DNA of 64,000 bases from Thermoleophilia bacterium (GTDB lineage: Bacteria > Actinomycetota > Thermoleophilia > UBA2241), in assembly GCA_035686425.1 (NCBI GenBank), contig DASRZL010000072.1, positions 11,090 to 75,089 on the forward strand, given 5' to 3'. Made by a program: the position numbers and the translations under genes. Every line of letters starts with the position of its first letter. The stretch's first letter is position 1. A model generated the notes under the pieces. It was not told where the DNA came from. It saw nothing but the letters and a program-made list of their open reading frames with translations, and did no database searches. Positions 36,529-52,799 of this stretch are shown piece by piece.

Positions 36529-37148
36529 CTGTCCTCCAAGGCCGAGCGCAGTCTGTCGACGAGTGCGCCGATGTCGCGGCGCAGCAGAACCCGCGAAGCG
36601 CGCGCGGCGACGAGCCGGGCGCCGCAGACGGCGACGACGGCGCGCGCCTCCAGCGCCGGGGGCCCCGGACGCTCCGCGGCGAGACGGGAGGTCACCTCGA
36701 CGACACCGTCGGCCAGTCCGAGCGCCGGAGCGAGCACCGGCTCGTCCATGGCGAGGATATCCGGCTGCAGGCCTTTCGCGGCGAAGTGGCGGCGCGTCGT
36801 CTCGGGATGCCGCGTAGCCACGCGCAGCGTGTGTCCGGGCCGGTCCGCCGCGGCCGTCGCGGCGAACACGAGATCGTCGCGGCAGCAACGCAGGTCCAGC
36901 AGGTCGGCCGCGCCGCGGCGACCTTCGAGCAGCAGATCCCTGCCGATGACGCCGAGATCGAGCCCGCCGCGATCGCAGGCGCGGAGCACGTCGGCCCCCG
37001 TGGCGAGCAACCAGACGCCGCCCGCCGCCGGAAGCAGCGCCGGCGGGCGCTCGTCGCGCGGCGAAGCAGCCGGCAGACCGGCCGCCTCGAGAATCTCGAG
37101 AAGCTCAGTCGGAGGCGGTTCGCCCTCGCAAGCGATCCCGATCCTCAC
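36525..37148 (-). CDS. hisG: ATP phosphoribosyltransferase, short form (HisZ-dependent)
   Basis: About 207 aa short HisG. GTG start in a GTGA overlap with the hisZ stop. Confidence 0.8.
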   Translation of the reverse strand: MRIGIACEGEPPPTELLEILEAAGLPAASPRDERPPALLPAAGGVWLLATGADVLRACDRGGLDLGVIGRDLLLEGRRGAADLLDLRCCRDDLVFAATAAADRPGHTLRVATRHPETTRRHFAAKGLQPDILAMDEPVLAPALGLADGVVEVTSRLAAERPGPPALEARAVVAVCGARLVAARASRVLLRRDIGALVDRLRSALEDR

Positions 37149-38344
37149 TCCGCCCCCAGCGCCTCGGCGATCTCGCGGGCACCGCCCGTGATCTCGCGGC
37201 CGTCGACGAGCCGCAGGATGAACGAGCCTCCGCGGCGGAGCACCAGCGGCGGCTCCACGCCGGCGGCGCCGTCCGGCAGCGCTTGCACGGCGAGTCCGGC
37301 GCGGCGCAACTCCGCCGCACGCGCCGGCGCCTCGAGCCCGCCGACGAAGGCGATCGCCTCGGGCGCCCCGCGAAGCTCCACGCCGGCGTCGTCGAGCGCC
37401 TCGGCGGCGCGGTCCACGGCGATCGCGAAGCCGGCGCCGGGGATGTCCCACGAGAAGCGTCCGAGCAGACGGTCGTAGCGGCCGCCGCTGGCGAGCGGCA
37501 GGCCGACACCGGGCGCATACGCCTCGAGGAGCAGCCCGGTGTAGTAGCCGAGGTCCTGCATCAGGCCGAAGTCGAACGCCAGCCGCCCACCGAACCCCGC
37601 TTCTTCCGTCAGGTCTTGTACGCGGGCGAGGCGGGCGACCGCCGTCTCCATGACGTCGTTGCGCGCGAGCTTGCGTGCCTGCCCGAGGACCTCATCGCCA
37701 CCGCTGAGCTCGAGGATCCGCCACAGGGCTTTGAGGATGTCCCACTCAACGTCGGCGTTGCCGGCTATGCTCTCGACCAGCGGGTAGTCGCGGTCACGCA
37801 GCGCCTCCCTGAACTTCTCCCGGTCCTCGCCGGGGAGTCCGAGCGAGCCGATGAGCGCGCGCTGGAAGGAGGCGGAGCCGAGCGTGACGGTGTAGTCACG
37901 TAGGCCGAGCCCCGCGAGCGCGTCACAAAGGAGCGTGACGCACTCGGCGTCGGCCTCGGCCGAGTCCAGCCCCAGGAGCTCCACGCCCGCCTGCTGGAAC
38001 TCCCCGTCCTGGCCCCGCTGCGGCGCCCACGGGCGGATGCTCGGGGCCACGTAGCTGAAGCGGAGAGGCAGCGGCTCGTCGTCGCAGCGGTCGGCGGCCA
38101 TGCGCGCCACCGGCACGGTCATGTCCGTGCGCACCATGAGTTCGTGTCCCTGCTCGTCGTGCAGCCGGTAGCCGGCGGAGAGCGTGTCGTCGTCCGCCGA
38201 CTCGAGCGTCTCGGCGAACTCCAGCCACGGGGTGCGCACTTCGCCGTAGCCGTAGGCGGCGAAGCGGGCGCGCAGCCTGTCCTCGACCGCCCGCAGCCGC
38301 CCCGTCTCGGACGGAAGCACATCGCGCATACCCTCCGGGATCAT
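37145..38344 (-). CDS. hisZ: ATP phosphoribosyltransferase regulatory subunit HisZ (HisRS-like)
   Basis: MIPEGMRDVLP start; class-II aaRS-like core without an anticodon-binding domain. GGGGAGG RBS 6 nt upstream. Confidence 0.8.
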   Translation of the reverse strand: MIPEGMRDVLPSETGRLRAVEDRLRARFAAYGYGEVRTPWLEFAETLESADDDTLSAGYRLHDEQGHELMVRTDMTVPVARMAADRCDDEPLPLRFSYVAPSIRPWAPQRGQDGEFQQAGVELLGLDSAEADAECVTLLCDALAGLGLRDYTVTLGSASFQRALIGSLGLPGEDREKFREALRDRDYPLVESIAGNADVEWDILKALWRILELSGGDEVLGQARKLARNDVMETAVARLARVQDLTEEAGFGGRLAFDFGLMQDLGYYTGLLLEAYAPGVGLPLASGGRYDRLLGRFSWDIPGAGFAIAVDRAAEALDDAGVELRGAPEAIAFVGGLEAPARAAELRRAGLAVQALPDGAAGVEPPLVLRRGGSFILRLVDGREITGGAREIAEALGAE

Positions 38345-38372
38345 CGTCCGCCTCCCCTTCCGCGAGCCGGCC

Positions 38373-41786
<3,414 letters not shown>

Positions 41787-41796
41787 CGGTGGCCGG

Positions 41797-41802
41797 ATTC
41801 TA
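41797..41802 (-). promoter_or_regulatory. -10-like hexamer TAGAAT about 10 nt upstream of the dnaE ATG
   Basis: Minus strand reads catgcTAGAATccggccaccgATG; no obvious -35. Confidence 0.3.
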
Positions 41803-41890
41803 GCATGACGGCACCACGACCCCCCGATGGTCACGGCGCCCGGCGCCACCGCTCCCAAGCGTCGGCTCGTCCGCGTGCGATTCCCGGTCA

Positions 41891-41910
41891 GTATACCCCG
41901 TGGGGTATAC
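41891..41910. promoter_or_regulatory. 20-bp palindrome GTATACCCC-gt-GGGGTATAC (9-bp perfect arms); candidate operator resembling CsoR/RicR-type TACCC...GGGTA sites
   Basis: Seen in sequence between dnaE and the Cys-rich ORF, 57 nt upstream of that ORF's ATG. Confidence 0.4.
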
Positions 41911-41966
41911 TTGGACCGGAATCAACGGCCGGGCCCGACACGGGGCGGCGGCCAGGGGAGGACATC

Positions 41967-42290
41967 ATGTCGATGTGTTGGGTGCAGGCCGGGATCTGCG
42001 GCGAGGAGACGTCGATCGAGGCGTCCAAGACAGGGCCGTCCGAGATAGCCCTGTCGTTCACGACCACCTGCGAACACATCACGGCGCTCGCCGAGGAGTT
42101 GCACGCGGTGGACGCCGGCACGGAGCTGTCCCGCCCCATGAACGAGACGCTGACGTACTCTGTGGCCGCCAAGCATTGCTGCCGTACGAGTTGCGTCGTG
42201 CCCGCTGCCGTCCTCAAGAGCGTGGAGGCGACGGCGGGGGTCTTCCTGCCCGCCTCGTGCACCATCGAATTCATCGACGGCGGGCTCTGA
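41967..42290 (+). CDS. Small cytoplasmic Cys-rich protein (107 aa, 7 Cys including a CC pair); function unknown, possibly metal-binding
   Basis: Strong RBS GGGGAGG 5 nt before the ATG; lower GC than the flanks; no TM helix. Sequence starts MSMCWVQAGICGEE and continues ...TTTCEH...KHCCRTSCVV...ASCTIEF. Confidence 0.55.
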   Translation: MSMCWVQAGICGEETSIEASKTGPSEIALSFTTTCEHITALAEELHAVDAGTELSRPMNETLTYSVAAKHCCRTSCVVPAAVLKSVEATAGVFLPASCTIEFIDGGL

Positions 42291-42315
42291 TCGAAGGCCG
42301 CGCCGCCGGCGGCGT

Positions 42316-43995
<1,680 letters not shown>

Positions 43996-44049
43996 CGGGT
44001 CCTCCCCGCGCCGGGCGGGCGCTCGCGGCGCCGCGCCGTCGGGTATCGG

Positions 44050-44973
44050 CTATTTTCTCGCGTACTCCATGTAGGCGCCGAACTCCTCATCGCGGCCCTC
44101 GGTGAGGGCGCGGAAGCGCTCCTGCATGCGCCGCGTGACCGGACCGGGCTCGCCGATGAGGTGATCGTCCAGCTCGCGGATCGGGACGATCTCCGCCGCC
44201 GTACCGGTGTAGAAGAGCTCGTCGGCGATCACGAGGTCGCTGCGAGTGAGCGTGCGCTCCCGCAGCTCGATGCCCTCACTGGCGGCGAACTGCATGACGA
44301 TGTTGCGCGTGATGCCCTCGAGCACGCCGTCACTCGGCGGCGGCGTCATGAGCACGCCGTCGCGCGCGGCGAAGATGTTCTCGCCGGAACCCTCGGCGAC
44401 GTGGCCGTGCTCGGTCAGCATGACGGCCTCGTCGTAGCCGGCGTTGAGCACCTCGATCTTGGCGAGGATGCTGTTGAGGTACTGGCCCGTGGCCTTGGCG
44501 GCGCGAGCCAGCGCCGTGTGGTCAAGCGACTGGATGCTGGAGGTCTTGGCGCGCACGCCATGCTTGACGCCCTCCTCGCCGAGGTAGGTGCCCCACGGCC
44601 ACGCCGCGATGACGACCTGCACGGGCGCGTCCATGGGGAACAGCCCCATCTCGCCGTAGCCGCGGAAGACCAGCGGACGGATGTAGGCGGCGTCCAGGTC
44701 GTTCGACTCGAGCACCTCGCAGGTGGCGTCGTGGAGTTCCTCGACGGTGTACGGCACCGGCATGTAATAGAGCTTGGCCGAGCGCACGAGGCGCTTGAGG
44801 TGCTCGGTGAGACAGAGCACGCCGGCGCCGCGATCGGTCTTGTAGGCGCGGATGCCCTCGAAGACGCCCGAGCCGTAGTGCAACGCGTGCGTGAGCACGT
44901 GGATCTTGGCATCGGCCCAAGGCACGAGCCGGCCGTCCATCCAGATGGTGTCCATCTCGGGGATCGGGGCCAT
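44050..44973 (-). CDS. ilvE: Branched-chain amino acid aminotransferase
   Basis: IWMDGRLVPWADAKIHVLTHALHYG. The start is placed at the ATG with AGGAGG 6 nt upstream rather than the track's upstream GTG. Confidence 0.9.
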   Translation of the reverse strand: MAPIPEMDTIWMDGRLVPWADAKIHVLTHALHYGSGVFEGIRAYKTDRGAGVLCLTEHLKRLVRSAKLYYMPVPYTVEELHDATCEVLESNDLDAAYIRPLVFRGYGEMGLFPMDAPVQVVIAAWPWGTYLGEEGVKHGVRAKTSSIQSLDHTALARAAKATGQYLNSILAKIEVLNAGYDEAVMLTEHGHVAEGSGENIFAARDGVLMTPPPSDGVLEGITRNIVMQFAASEGIELRERTLTRSDLVIADELFYTGTAAEIVPIRELDDHLIGEPGPVTRRMQERFRALTEGRDEEFGAYMEYARK

Positions 44974-45053
44974 CGTCTTCCTCCTGTCCTCCACGCGGGT
45001 CCGCGCGGCAGCTTCAACCTCTAGTCAAGGGTTAGTGGACCTTCCGCACCCGC

Positions 45054-46136
45054 TCAAACGCGCTCGGCCACGAGGTCGCCGACCTCGGACGTCGAGTGGC
45101 CCATCTGGCCGGAGGCCATGCCCTTCATCTTGGTGCCGGTGACCTCGGCCACGGCGCTCTCGACGTCCTGTGCCGCCTTGCTCTCGCCCAAGGCGTCGAG
45201 CATCATCGCCCCGGCCACGATGGCTGCGATGGGGTTGATCACACCCAGACCGGTGTACTTGGGCGCCGAACCGCCGATGGGTTCGAACATGCTGACACCC
45301 TCGGGATTGATGTTGCCGCCGGCCGCGACGCCCATTCCGCCCTGGGTGATCGCGCCCAGGTCCGTGATGATGTCGCCGAACATGTTGCCGGTCACCAGGA
45401 CGTCGAACCACTCCGGGCTCTTGACCATCCACATGCAGGTGGCGTCCACGTGGTAGTACTCGCGCTTGACGTCCGGGTACTCCTCTTCGCCGATCTCGTT
45501 GAAGCGGCGGTACCAAAGGTCGTAGACGTACGTCAGGACGTTGGTCTTGCCCACCAGTCCGAGGGTGTTGTCCGGGCCGTTGCCGCGCGCCTTCTTGCCA
45601 TGCTTGCGCGCGTACTCGAACGCCCAGTGCAGACAGCGATCGACCTGGGCGCGGCTGTACAGCATGTTCTGCACGGCGACTTCATGCGGCGAGCCCTTCA
45701 TCATGATGCCGCCGCCGCCGGCGTACATGTCACCGGAGTTCTCGCGGACGACGGTGTAGTCGATCTCCTTCGGGCCTTTGTCCTTCAGCGGAGTCTCGAC
45801 GCCGGGGTAGAGACGCACGGGACGCAGGTTGATGTACTGGTCCAGCTCGAAGCGCAAGCGGAGAAGGAGGCCCTTCTCCAGGATGCCGGGCTCGACGTCC
45901 GGGTGCCCCACGGCGCCGAGGTAGATCGAGTCGAATCCCCTGAGCTCTTCGACGGCCGAGGCCGGCAGGATCTCGCCGGTGCGCAGGTAGCGCTCGCCGC
46001 CGAAGTCGTAGGGCATCAGGTCGAGTGCGAACTGGTGCTTGGCGGCGGCTGCCTGCAGGACCTTGAGTCCCTCAGCTACCACCTCAGGACCGGTGCCGTC
46101 GCCCGGCATCACCGCGATCTTGTAGGTCTTCCCCAT
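45054..46136 (-). CDS. leuB: 3-isopropylmalate dehydrogenase
   Basis: MGKTYKIAVMPGDGTGPEV... isocitrate/IPM dehydrogenase family. Confidence 0.95.
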   Translation of the reverse strand: MGKTYKIAVMPGDGTGPEVVAEGLKVLQAAAAKHQFALDLMPYDFGGERYLRTGEILPASAVEELRGFDSIYLGAVGHPDVEPGILEKGLLLRLRFELDQYINLRPVRLYPGVETPLKDKGPKEIDYTVVRENSGDMYAGGGGIMMKGSPHEVAVQNMLYSRAQVDRCLHWAFEYARKHGKKARGNGPDNTLGLVGKTNVLTYVYDLWYRRFNEIGEEEYPDVKREYYHVDATCMWMVKSPEWFDVLVTGNMFGDIITDLGAITQGGMGVAAGGNINPEGVSMFEPIGGSAPKYTGLGVINPIAAIVAGAMMLDALGESKAAQDVESAVAEVTGTKMKGMASGQMGHSTSEVGDLVAERV

Positions 46137-46178
46137 TTGTTCTCTCCGATGCTGGATGCTTGTGCCGTGAGTCAGTGG

Positions 46179-46682
46179 TTACGCGCCCTGCCCGCCCACG
46201 CGGGACTTGACGTACTCGAGCAGGCCGCCGCAGTCGATGAGCTCCTGCATGAAGGGCGGGAACGCTTCCGAATCGTAGGTCTTGCCCTGCGTCACGTTCT
46301 CCACCGTGCCGGCGGCGAGGTCGACCTTGAGGCGGTCGCCCATCTTGGCGCCGGCGGCCGCGGCCGGACACACGACGATCGGCAGCCCGGTGTTGATGGC
46401 GTTGCGGTAGAAGATGCGCGCGAACGAGGCCGCGACGACCACGCTCACGCCGGAGGCCTTGATGGCGACCGGGGCGTGCTCGCGCGAGCTGCCGCAACCG
46501 AAGTTCTCGTCGGCGACGATGATGTCTCCGGGCTGGACCCGGTTCACGAAGTCGGCGTCGATGTCCTCCATCGCGTGCCCGGCGAGCTCCGCCGGGTCGT
46601 TGGTGTTGAGGTAGCGAGCCGGGATGATGACGTCGGTGTCGACGTCCCGGCCGTACTTGTGGACGGTGCCCTCGAAGATCAT
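46179..46682 (-). CDS. leuD: 3-isopropylmalate dehydratase small subunit
   Basis: [15 protein letters not shown]; ATGA overlap with leuC. Confidence 0.95.
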   Translation of the reverse strand: MIFEGTVHKYGRDVDTDVIIPARYLNTNDPAELAGHAMEDIDADFVNRVQPGDIIVADENFGCGSSREHAPVAIKASGVSVVVAASFARIFYRNAINTGLPIVVCPAAAAGAKMGDRLKVDLAAGTVENVTQGKTYDSEAFPPFMQELIDCGGLLEYVKSRVGGQGA

Positions 46683-47976
46683 CGGGAGCCTCCCTTCTCG
46701 GCGCCGACTTCTTCGGGGGTGGCGATGTGGCCGGCCAGCGCGGAGGCGGCGGCCACGTACGGGCTCGCCAAGTAGACCTCGGAGCCGGGGTGACCCATGC
46801 GGCCGACGAAGTTGCGGTTGGTGGTAGCCACGGCGCGCTCACCATCGGCCAGGACGCCCATGTGGCCGCCCAGGCAGGCGCCGCAGGTGGGCGTGCTGAA
46901 GGCGCAGCCGGCCTCGACGAGCGTCCGCATGGTGCCGTCGGCGATGGCGTCGAGGCTCACCTGCTGGGTGCCCGGCAGGATGATGCAGCGCACGTCGGGG
47001 TGGACCTTCTTGCCGCGCAGGATGCTGGCAGCCTGGCGCAGATCCTCGAGGCGGCCGTTGGTGCAGCTGCCGATGACGACCTGGTCGATGGTGACGTCGT
47101 CGAGGTCGGCCGCCGCCGCCGTGTTGCTCGGCAGGTGAGGCTTGCTCACCGTCGGCCGAACGGCCGCCACGTCGATCTCGACGACGCGCGCGTACTCGGC
47201 GTCGCGGTCGCTGGCGAACACCTGACCGACGCTGCGTGCGCGACTGCCGTCGGGCCGGCTCTGCAGGTACTGCGTCGTCTTTTCGTCGAAGCCGACGATG
47301 CCGCTCTTTCCGCCGGCCTCGATCGCCATGTTGCACATGGTGAAGCGCTCGTCCATGGAGAGGGCCTCGATGGCCTCGCCGGTGAACTCCATCGCCTGGT
47401 AGAGAGCGCCGTCGACGCCGATGAGGCCGATGGTGTGCAGCATCAGGTCCTTGCCGGTGACCCACGGCTGCGGGCGGCCCGAGTAGACGAACCTGATGCT
47501 CTCGGGCACGCGCAGCCACACGTGGCCCCAGGCCATGGCGGCGGCGAAGTCCGTGCTGCCGACGCCGGAGCTGAAGGCGGCCACGGCGCCGTAGGTGCAG
47601 GTGTGGCTGTCGGCGCCGATGACGACGTCGCCTGGCGCCACCATGCCGGTGTCGGGCAGCAGCACGTGCTCGATGCCCATGCGCCCGACCTCGAAGTAGT
47701 TGACGATCTCGTGCTTGCGGGCGAACTCGCGCATCTTCACGGCCTGGCCTGCCGCCTTGATGTCCTTGTTGGGCGCGAAGTGGTCGGGCACGAGGGCGAT
47801 GCGGGCCGGGTCGAAGACCTCGGTGAACCCGGCTTTCTCGAACTCGGCGATCGCCAGCGGCGCCGTGATGTCGTTGGCCAGAGCGAGGTCGATCTTCGCC
47901 TCGATGATGTCGCCGGCGTGCACCTCATCGCGCCCCGCGGCGCGAGCAAGGATCTTCTCGGTGATCGTGGAACCCA

Positions 47977-47977
<1 letters not shown>
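46679..47977 (-). CDS. leuC: 3-isopropylmalate dehydratase large subunit
   Basis: Aconitase-family Cys ligands ([18 protein letters not shown]). Confidence 0.95.
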
Positions 47978-49512
<1,535 letters not shown>

Positions 49513-49605
49513 GAGTCACCCACACCTCCCAAGGCACGCGTCGTCGTCAGATGGAGCAGTGGATCCGGATGTGATCCAAGAGATGGCCGTGCAGGCCGCA
49601 GGTGT

Positions 49606-49719
49606 CTACGCATCCCCCCGCGGGGGGAGGAGCAGCAGGCAGCCGAAGAGGGAGAGGTCGCGGGAGCGTACCCCAATGTGGGCCTCCCGGCTGGACTCGC
49701 TTGTCGCACGGCGACGCAT
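49606..49719 (-). CDS. Candidate 37-aa leader peptide with four consecutive Leu codons (leuA attenuator leader?)
   Basis: ATG...CTG CTG CTC CTC CCC CCG...TAG encodes MRRRATSESSREAHIGVRSRDLSLFGCLLLLPPRGDA, about 95 nt upstream of the leuA GTG. The Leu/Pro codons overlap a CCCCCCGCGGGGGG palindrome. No clear RBS. Confidence 0.3.
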   Translation of the reverse strand: MRRRATSESSREAHIGVRSRDLSLFGCLLLLPPRGDA

Positions 49720-49884
49720 GGTCCGGAGAGTTTACGTCACTCGTGCGTGCACGTGCAAGCATCGTGCGCGCGAGGCCGGTTCCCACACCGGCCTCCACAG
49801 GACTGATTCCGTCCGGTCGGGCCCGCAGGGGTGCGACCGTGCCCGTGAAGATCGGCAACGCTCCGGCTCGAGGCCGTACGCCGA

Positions 49885-49916
49885 GGGGGCGACGGGCCTG
49901 CCAGCCCGTCGCCCCC
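49885..49916 (-). terminator. 13-bp perfect GC hairpin (GGGGGCGACGGGC / GCCCGTCGCCCCC) 30 nt downstream of the serA stop
   Basis: Perfect inverted repeat with a 6-nt loop seen in sequence; no U-tract. Confidence 0.45.
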
Positions 49917-49945
49917 GGCGTTCTCGCGCACGTTCTGCGCAGCTG

Positions 49946-51547
49946 CTAGAGCTCCACCCGCTTGCCGTCGGCGAGACCGCAGCTCGCGACGAGCTCCTCG
50001 AGCTGCTCGGGCGTGATCGGCTCGTCGAGCGTCAGCCCCATCACGGCCTTCTGGTCCTTGACCTCGCGGCCCACGCCCATCTGGCCGATGTTGATGCCGA
50101 ACTCGCCGACCTTGGTGCCGATCCTGCCGATCATGCCCGGCACGTCGGCGTAGCGCAGAAAGGCCATGTGCGGCGCCGGCTCGATGTCGACGTCCTGGCG
50201 GTACACCTTGACGAGGCGCGGCCGGTGCTTCGGCCCGAGCGTGGTACCGGAGACGGAGAGCTCGCCCCGCGCGTCGTGGGTGGTCACGGTGATCAGATTG
50301 AGGAAGTCGACTGCCGCCGGCTGTTTGGTCTCCTTGGCGCCGATCCCGCGCTCTTCGGCGATGTCCTGCACGTTGACGAAATTGACCGGGCCGTCGACCT
50401 TGTCGGCCAGCACGCCCTGCAGCACGCCGAGCGTGAGGATGCGCGTGTCGTAGCGGGCGATGCCGCCGCCGTAGGCGATCTCGAAGCTGTCGACCGGACC
50501 GTCGGCGATCTGCACGATGAGCTTGCCGAGCTGCTCGCAGAGGCCGAGGAACGGCATCAGCTCGTCGGCGTCCTCGCCGGGCGCCAGCGGGATGTTCACG
50601 GCGTTGCTCGCGAACTCGCCCTGGAGCACGGCGGCCACCTGCTCGGCGATGATCATGCCGGCGCGCAGCTGCGCTTCGACCGTACTGGCGCCGAGGTGCG
50701 GTGTCGCGACCACGCTGTCGTACCGGAACAGGGGGCTCTCGGTGGTCGGCTCCGTGGGGTAGACGTCGACGGCCGAGGCGGCGACCTTGCCGCTCTCGAT
50801 GGCGCGCGCCCAGGCATCCTCGTCGATGATGCCGCCACGGGCCACGTTGATGACGCGTACGCCGTCCTTCATCTTGGCGAATTCGTCGTCGCTGATGAAC
50901 CCGAGGGTCTCCGCGTTCTTCGGCAGGTGGACGGTGATGAAGTCGGCCTCGCGGTAGATCTTGTCCGGGCTGTCGGCGCGCTCGAGGCCGAGCTCGTGGA
51001 ACTTCTCGGCGGGCACGAACGGGTCGTAGGCGAGCACGTTCATGCCGAGGCCGCGGGCGTCCTCGGCGACGAGAAAGCCGATGCGGCCGAGGCCGATGAT
51101 GCCCAGCGTCTTGTCGCGTACCTCGACGCCCCCCTTGCCCCACTTTCCCTTGGCCCAGTCGCCGGCCTTGAGGTCGGCGTGCGCCTGGGCCAGGTTGCGG
51201 GCGCAGGCCATGAGGAGAGCGATCGTCTGCTCGGCGGCGGAGAGCACGTTGCTCTGCGGTGCGTTCACCACGATGACGCCGCGCTTGGTCGCCTCCTTGA
51301 CGTCGACGTTGTCGACGCCGACGCCGGCGCGGCCGACCACCTGCAGGTTCTCTCCGGCGGCGATCACGTCCGCGGTCACCTTGGTCGCCGAGCGGATGAT
51401 CAGGCCGTGATACTCGGGGATGCGCTTGAGGAGCTCGTCGGCGTCCCACTCGGTGCCGATATCGACCTGGAAGCCGAGGTCCTCGAGGTAGTTGACGCCC
51501 TCGGGGGCGAGCTTCTCTTTGACGAGTACCTTCTTCAGTTCGGTCAT
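49946..51547 (-). CDS. serA: D-3-phosphoglycerate dehydrogenase (with ASB and ACT domains)
   Basis: GIIGLGRIGFLVAE NAD motif, catalytic R/E/H positions (VARGGIID, VYPTEP, TPHLGAST) and a C-terminal ACT domain. Confidence 0.95.
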   Translation of the reverse strand: MTELKKVLVKEKLAPEGVNYLEDLGFQVDIGTEWDADELLKRIPEYHGLIIRSATKVTADVIAAGENLQVVGRAGVGVDNVDVKEATKRGVIVVNAPQSNVLSAAEQTIALLMACARNLAQAHADLKAGDWAKGKWGKGGVEVRDKTLGIIGLGRIGFLVAEDARGLGMNVLAYDPFVPAEKFHELGLERADSPDKIYREADFITVHLPKNAETLGFISDDEFAKMKDGVRVINVARGGIIDEDAWARAIESGKVAASAVDVYPTEPTTESPLFRYDSVVATPHLGASTVEAQLRAGMIIAEQVAAVLQGEFASNAVNIPLAPGEDADELMPFLGLCEQLGKLIVQIADGPVDSFEIAYGGGIARYDTRILTLGVLQGVLADKVDGPVNFVNVQDIAEERGIGAKETKQPAAVDFLNLITVTTHDARGELSVSGTTLGPKHRPRLVKVYRQDVDIEPAPHMAFLRYADVPGMIGRIGTKVGEFGINIGQMGVGREVKDQKAVMGLTLDEPITPEQLEELVASCGLADGKRVEL

Positions 51548-51562
51548 GTCACGTCACCCTTC

Positions 51563-52723
51563 TCAGAGCATGACGGTGCTCTCGAGGAACACCTGCTCGG
51601 CGGCGCCCACCGAGGCGCCGAACTTGACGTCGTACCCCAGCTCGGCGAGGACCATCTCGACGGTGCTGAGGCCGACGACGATATCGCTGTGGCCGAAGTA
51701 GCCGCAGTGGCCGAAGCGGAAGATCTTTCCCTTGACGGCGCCCTGGCCTCCGGCCAGCCACACGCCCCACTTGTCGCGCGCGATCTTGCCGATCTTGCCG
51801 CCGTCGACGCCCTCGGGGACCTTCACGGCGGTCACGGAGTTCGCCTCCGGGTCCTCGACCGCGAAGAGCTCCAGACCGAGGGCCTTGACGCCTTCGCGGG
51901 CTGCCTTGCCGAGCACGCGGTGCCGCTCGAACACGTTCTCGAGGCCCTCTTCCCTGATCAGGTCGATGGCGGCGTTCTGCGCGACCATGAGGCTCACGGC
52001 CGGCGTGTACGGGGTCTGGGCGGAGTCGCCGGTCATCTTCTTGCGCATCGCGACCCAGTCGAAGTAGAAGCGCGGCGTGGCGCACTGCTCGACCACGGCC
52101 CAGGCCTTCTCGCTGACGGCTGCGTAGGCGAGTCCCGGCGGCACCATGAGCGCCTTCTGAGAACCGGCCAGGCAGACGTCCACGTGCCAGTCGTCGGTCT
52201 TGAGGTCGCTGGCGCCGAGGCCGCTGATGGCGTCGACGACGAGGATGGCCGGCGTCTTCGCGACGACCTCGCCGATCGCCCGGATGTCGTTGACGACGCC
52301 GGTGGACGTCTCGCTGTGCTGCACGTAGACGGCCTTGATCGCCGGGTCGGCGGCCAGCGCCTTCTCGATGTCGGCCGGGTCGGCCTTGGTGCCCCACGCG
52401 TAGTCGATCGCGGTGACCTCGGCGCCCCACGTGGCGGTCAGCTTCTTCCAGCGCTCGCCGAAGTTGCCGACGGACGCGACGAGGACGTGGTCGCCCGCGT
52501 TGACGACGTTGGTGACCGCGCTCTCCATGGCACCGGTACCGCTGGCGGCGAACACCATGATGTCGTTCTCCGTCTGATAGATGTACTTCATCCCGGAGAC
52601 GACCTGCGTGAGGATCTCGGTGAAGCGCGGCGCGCGGTGATGGATGACCGGCTCGGCCAGAGCCGAGAGCACCTCCGGCGGCACTGGCGTGGGGCCGGGG
52701 GTGATGAGGAAGCGCTTCTGCAT
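51563..52723 (-). CDS. Class-V (AGXT-family) aminotransferase; serine-pyruvate/alanine-glyoxylate or phosphoserine aminotransferase-like
   Basis: Start MQKRFLITPGPTPVPPEVL; PLP-lysine region SQKALMVPPG. AAAGGA RBS 7 nt upstream; co-operonic with serA. Confidence 0.8.
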   Translation of the reverse strand: MQKRFLITPGPTPVPPEVLSALAEPVIHHRAPRFTEILTQVVSGMKYIYQTENDIMVFAASGTGAMESAVTNVVNAGDHVLVASVGNFGERWKKLTATWGAEVTAIDYAWGTKADPADIEKALAADPAIKAVYVQHSETSTGVVNDIRAIGEVVAKTPAILVVDAISGLGASDLKTDDWHVDVCLAGSQKALMVPPGLAYAAVSEKAWAVVEQCATPRFYFDWVAMRKKMTGDSAQTPYTPAVSLMVAQNAAIDLIREEGLENVFERHRVLGKAAREGVKALGLELFAVEDPEANSVTAVKVPEGVDGGKIGKIARDKWGVWLAGGQGAVKGKIFRFGHCGYFGHSDIVVGLSTVEMVLAELGYDVKFGASVGAAEQVFLESTVML

Positions 52724-52799
52724 CTTGTCGTCCTTTCCGGATGTGTTCGGCTGCCGGACTCGGCCGGCGTGACCATCTGAGTGGAGATGCAAGGCCGCC

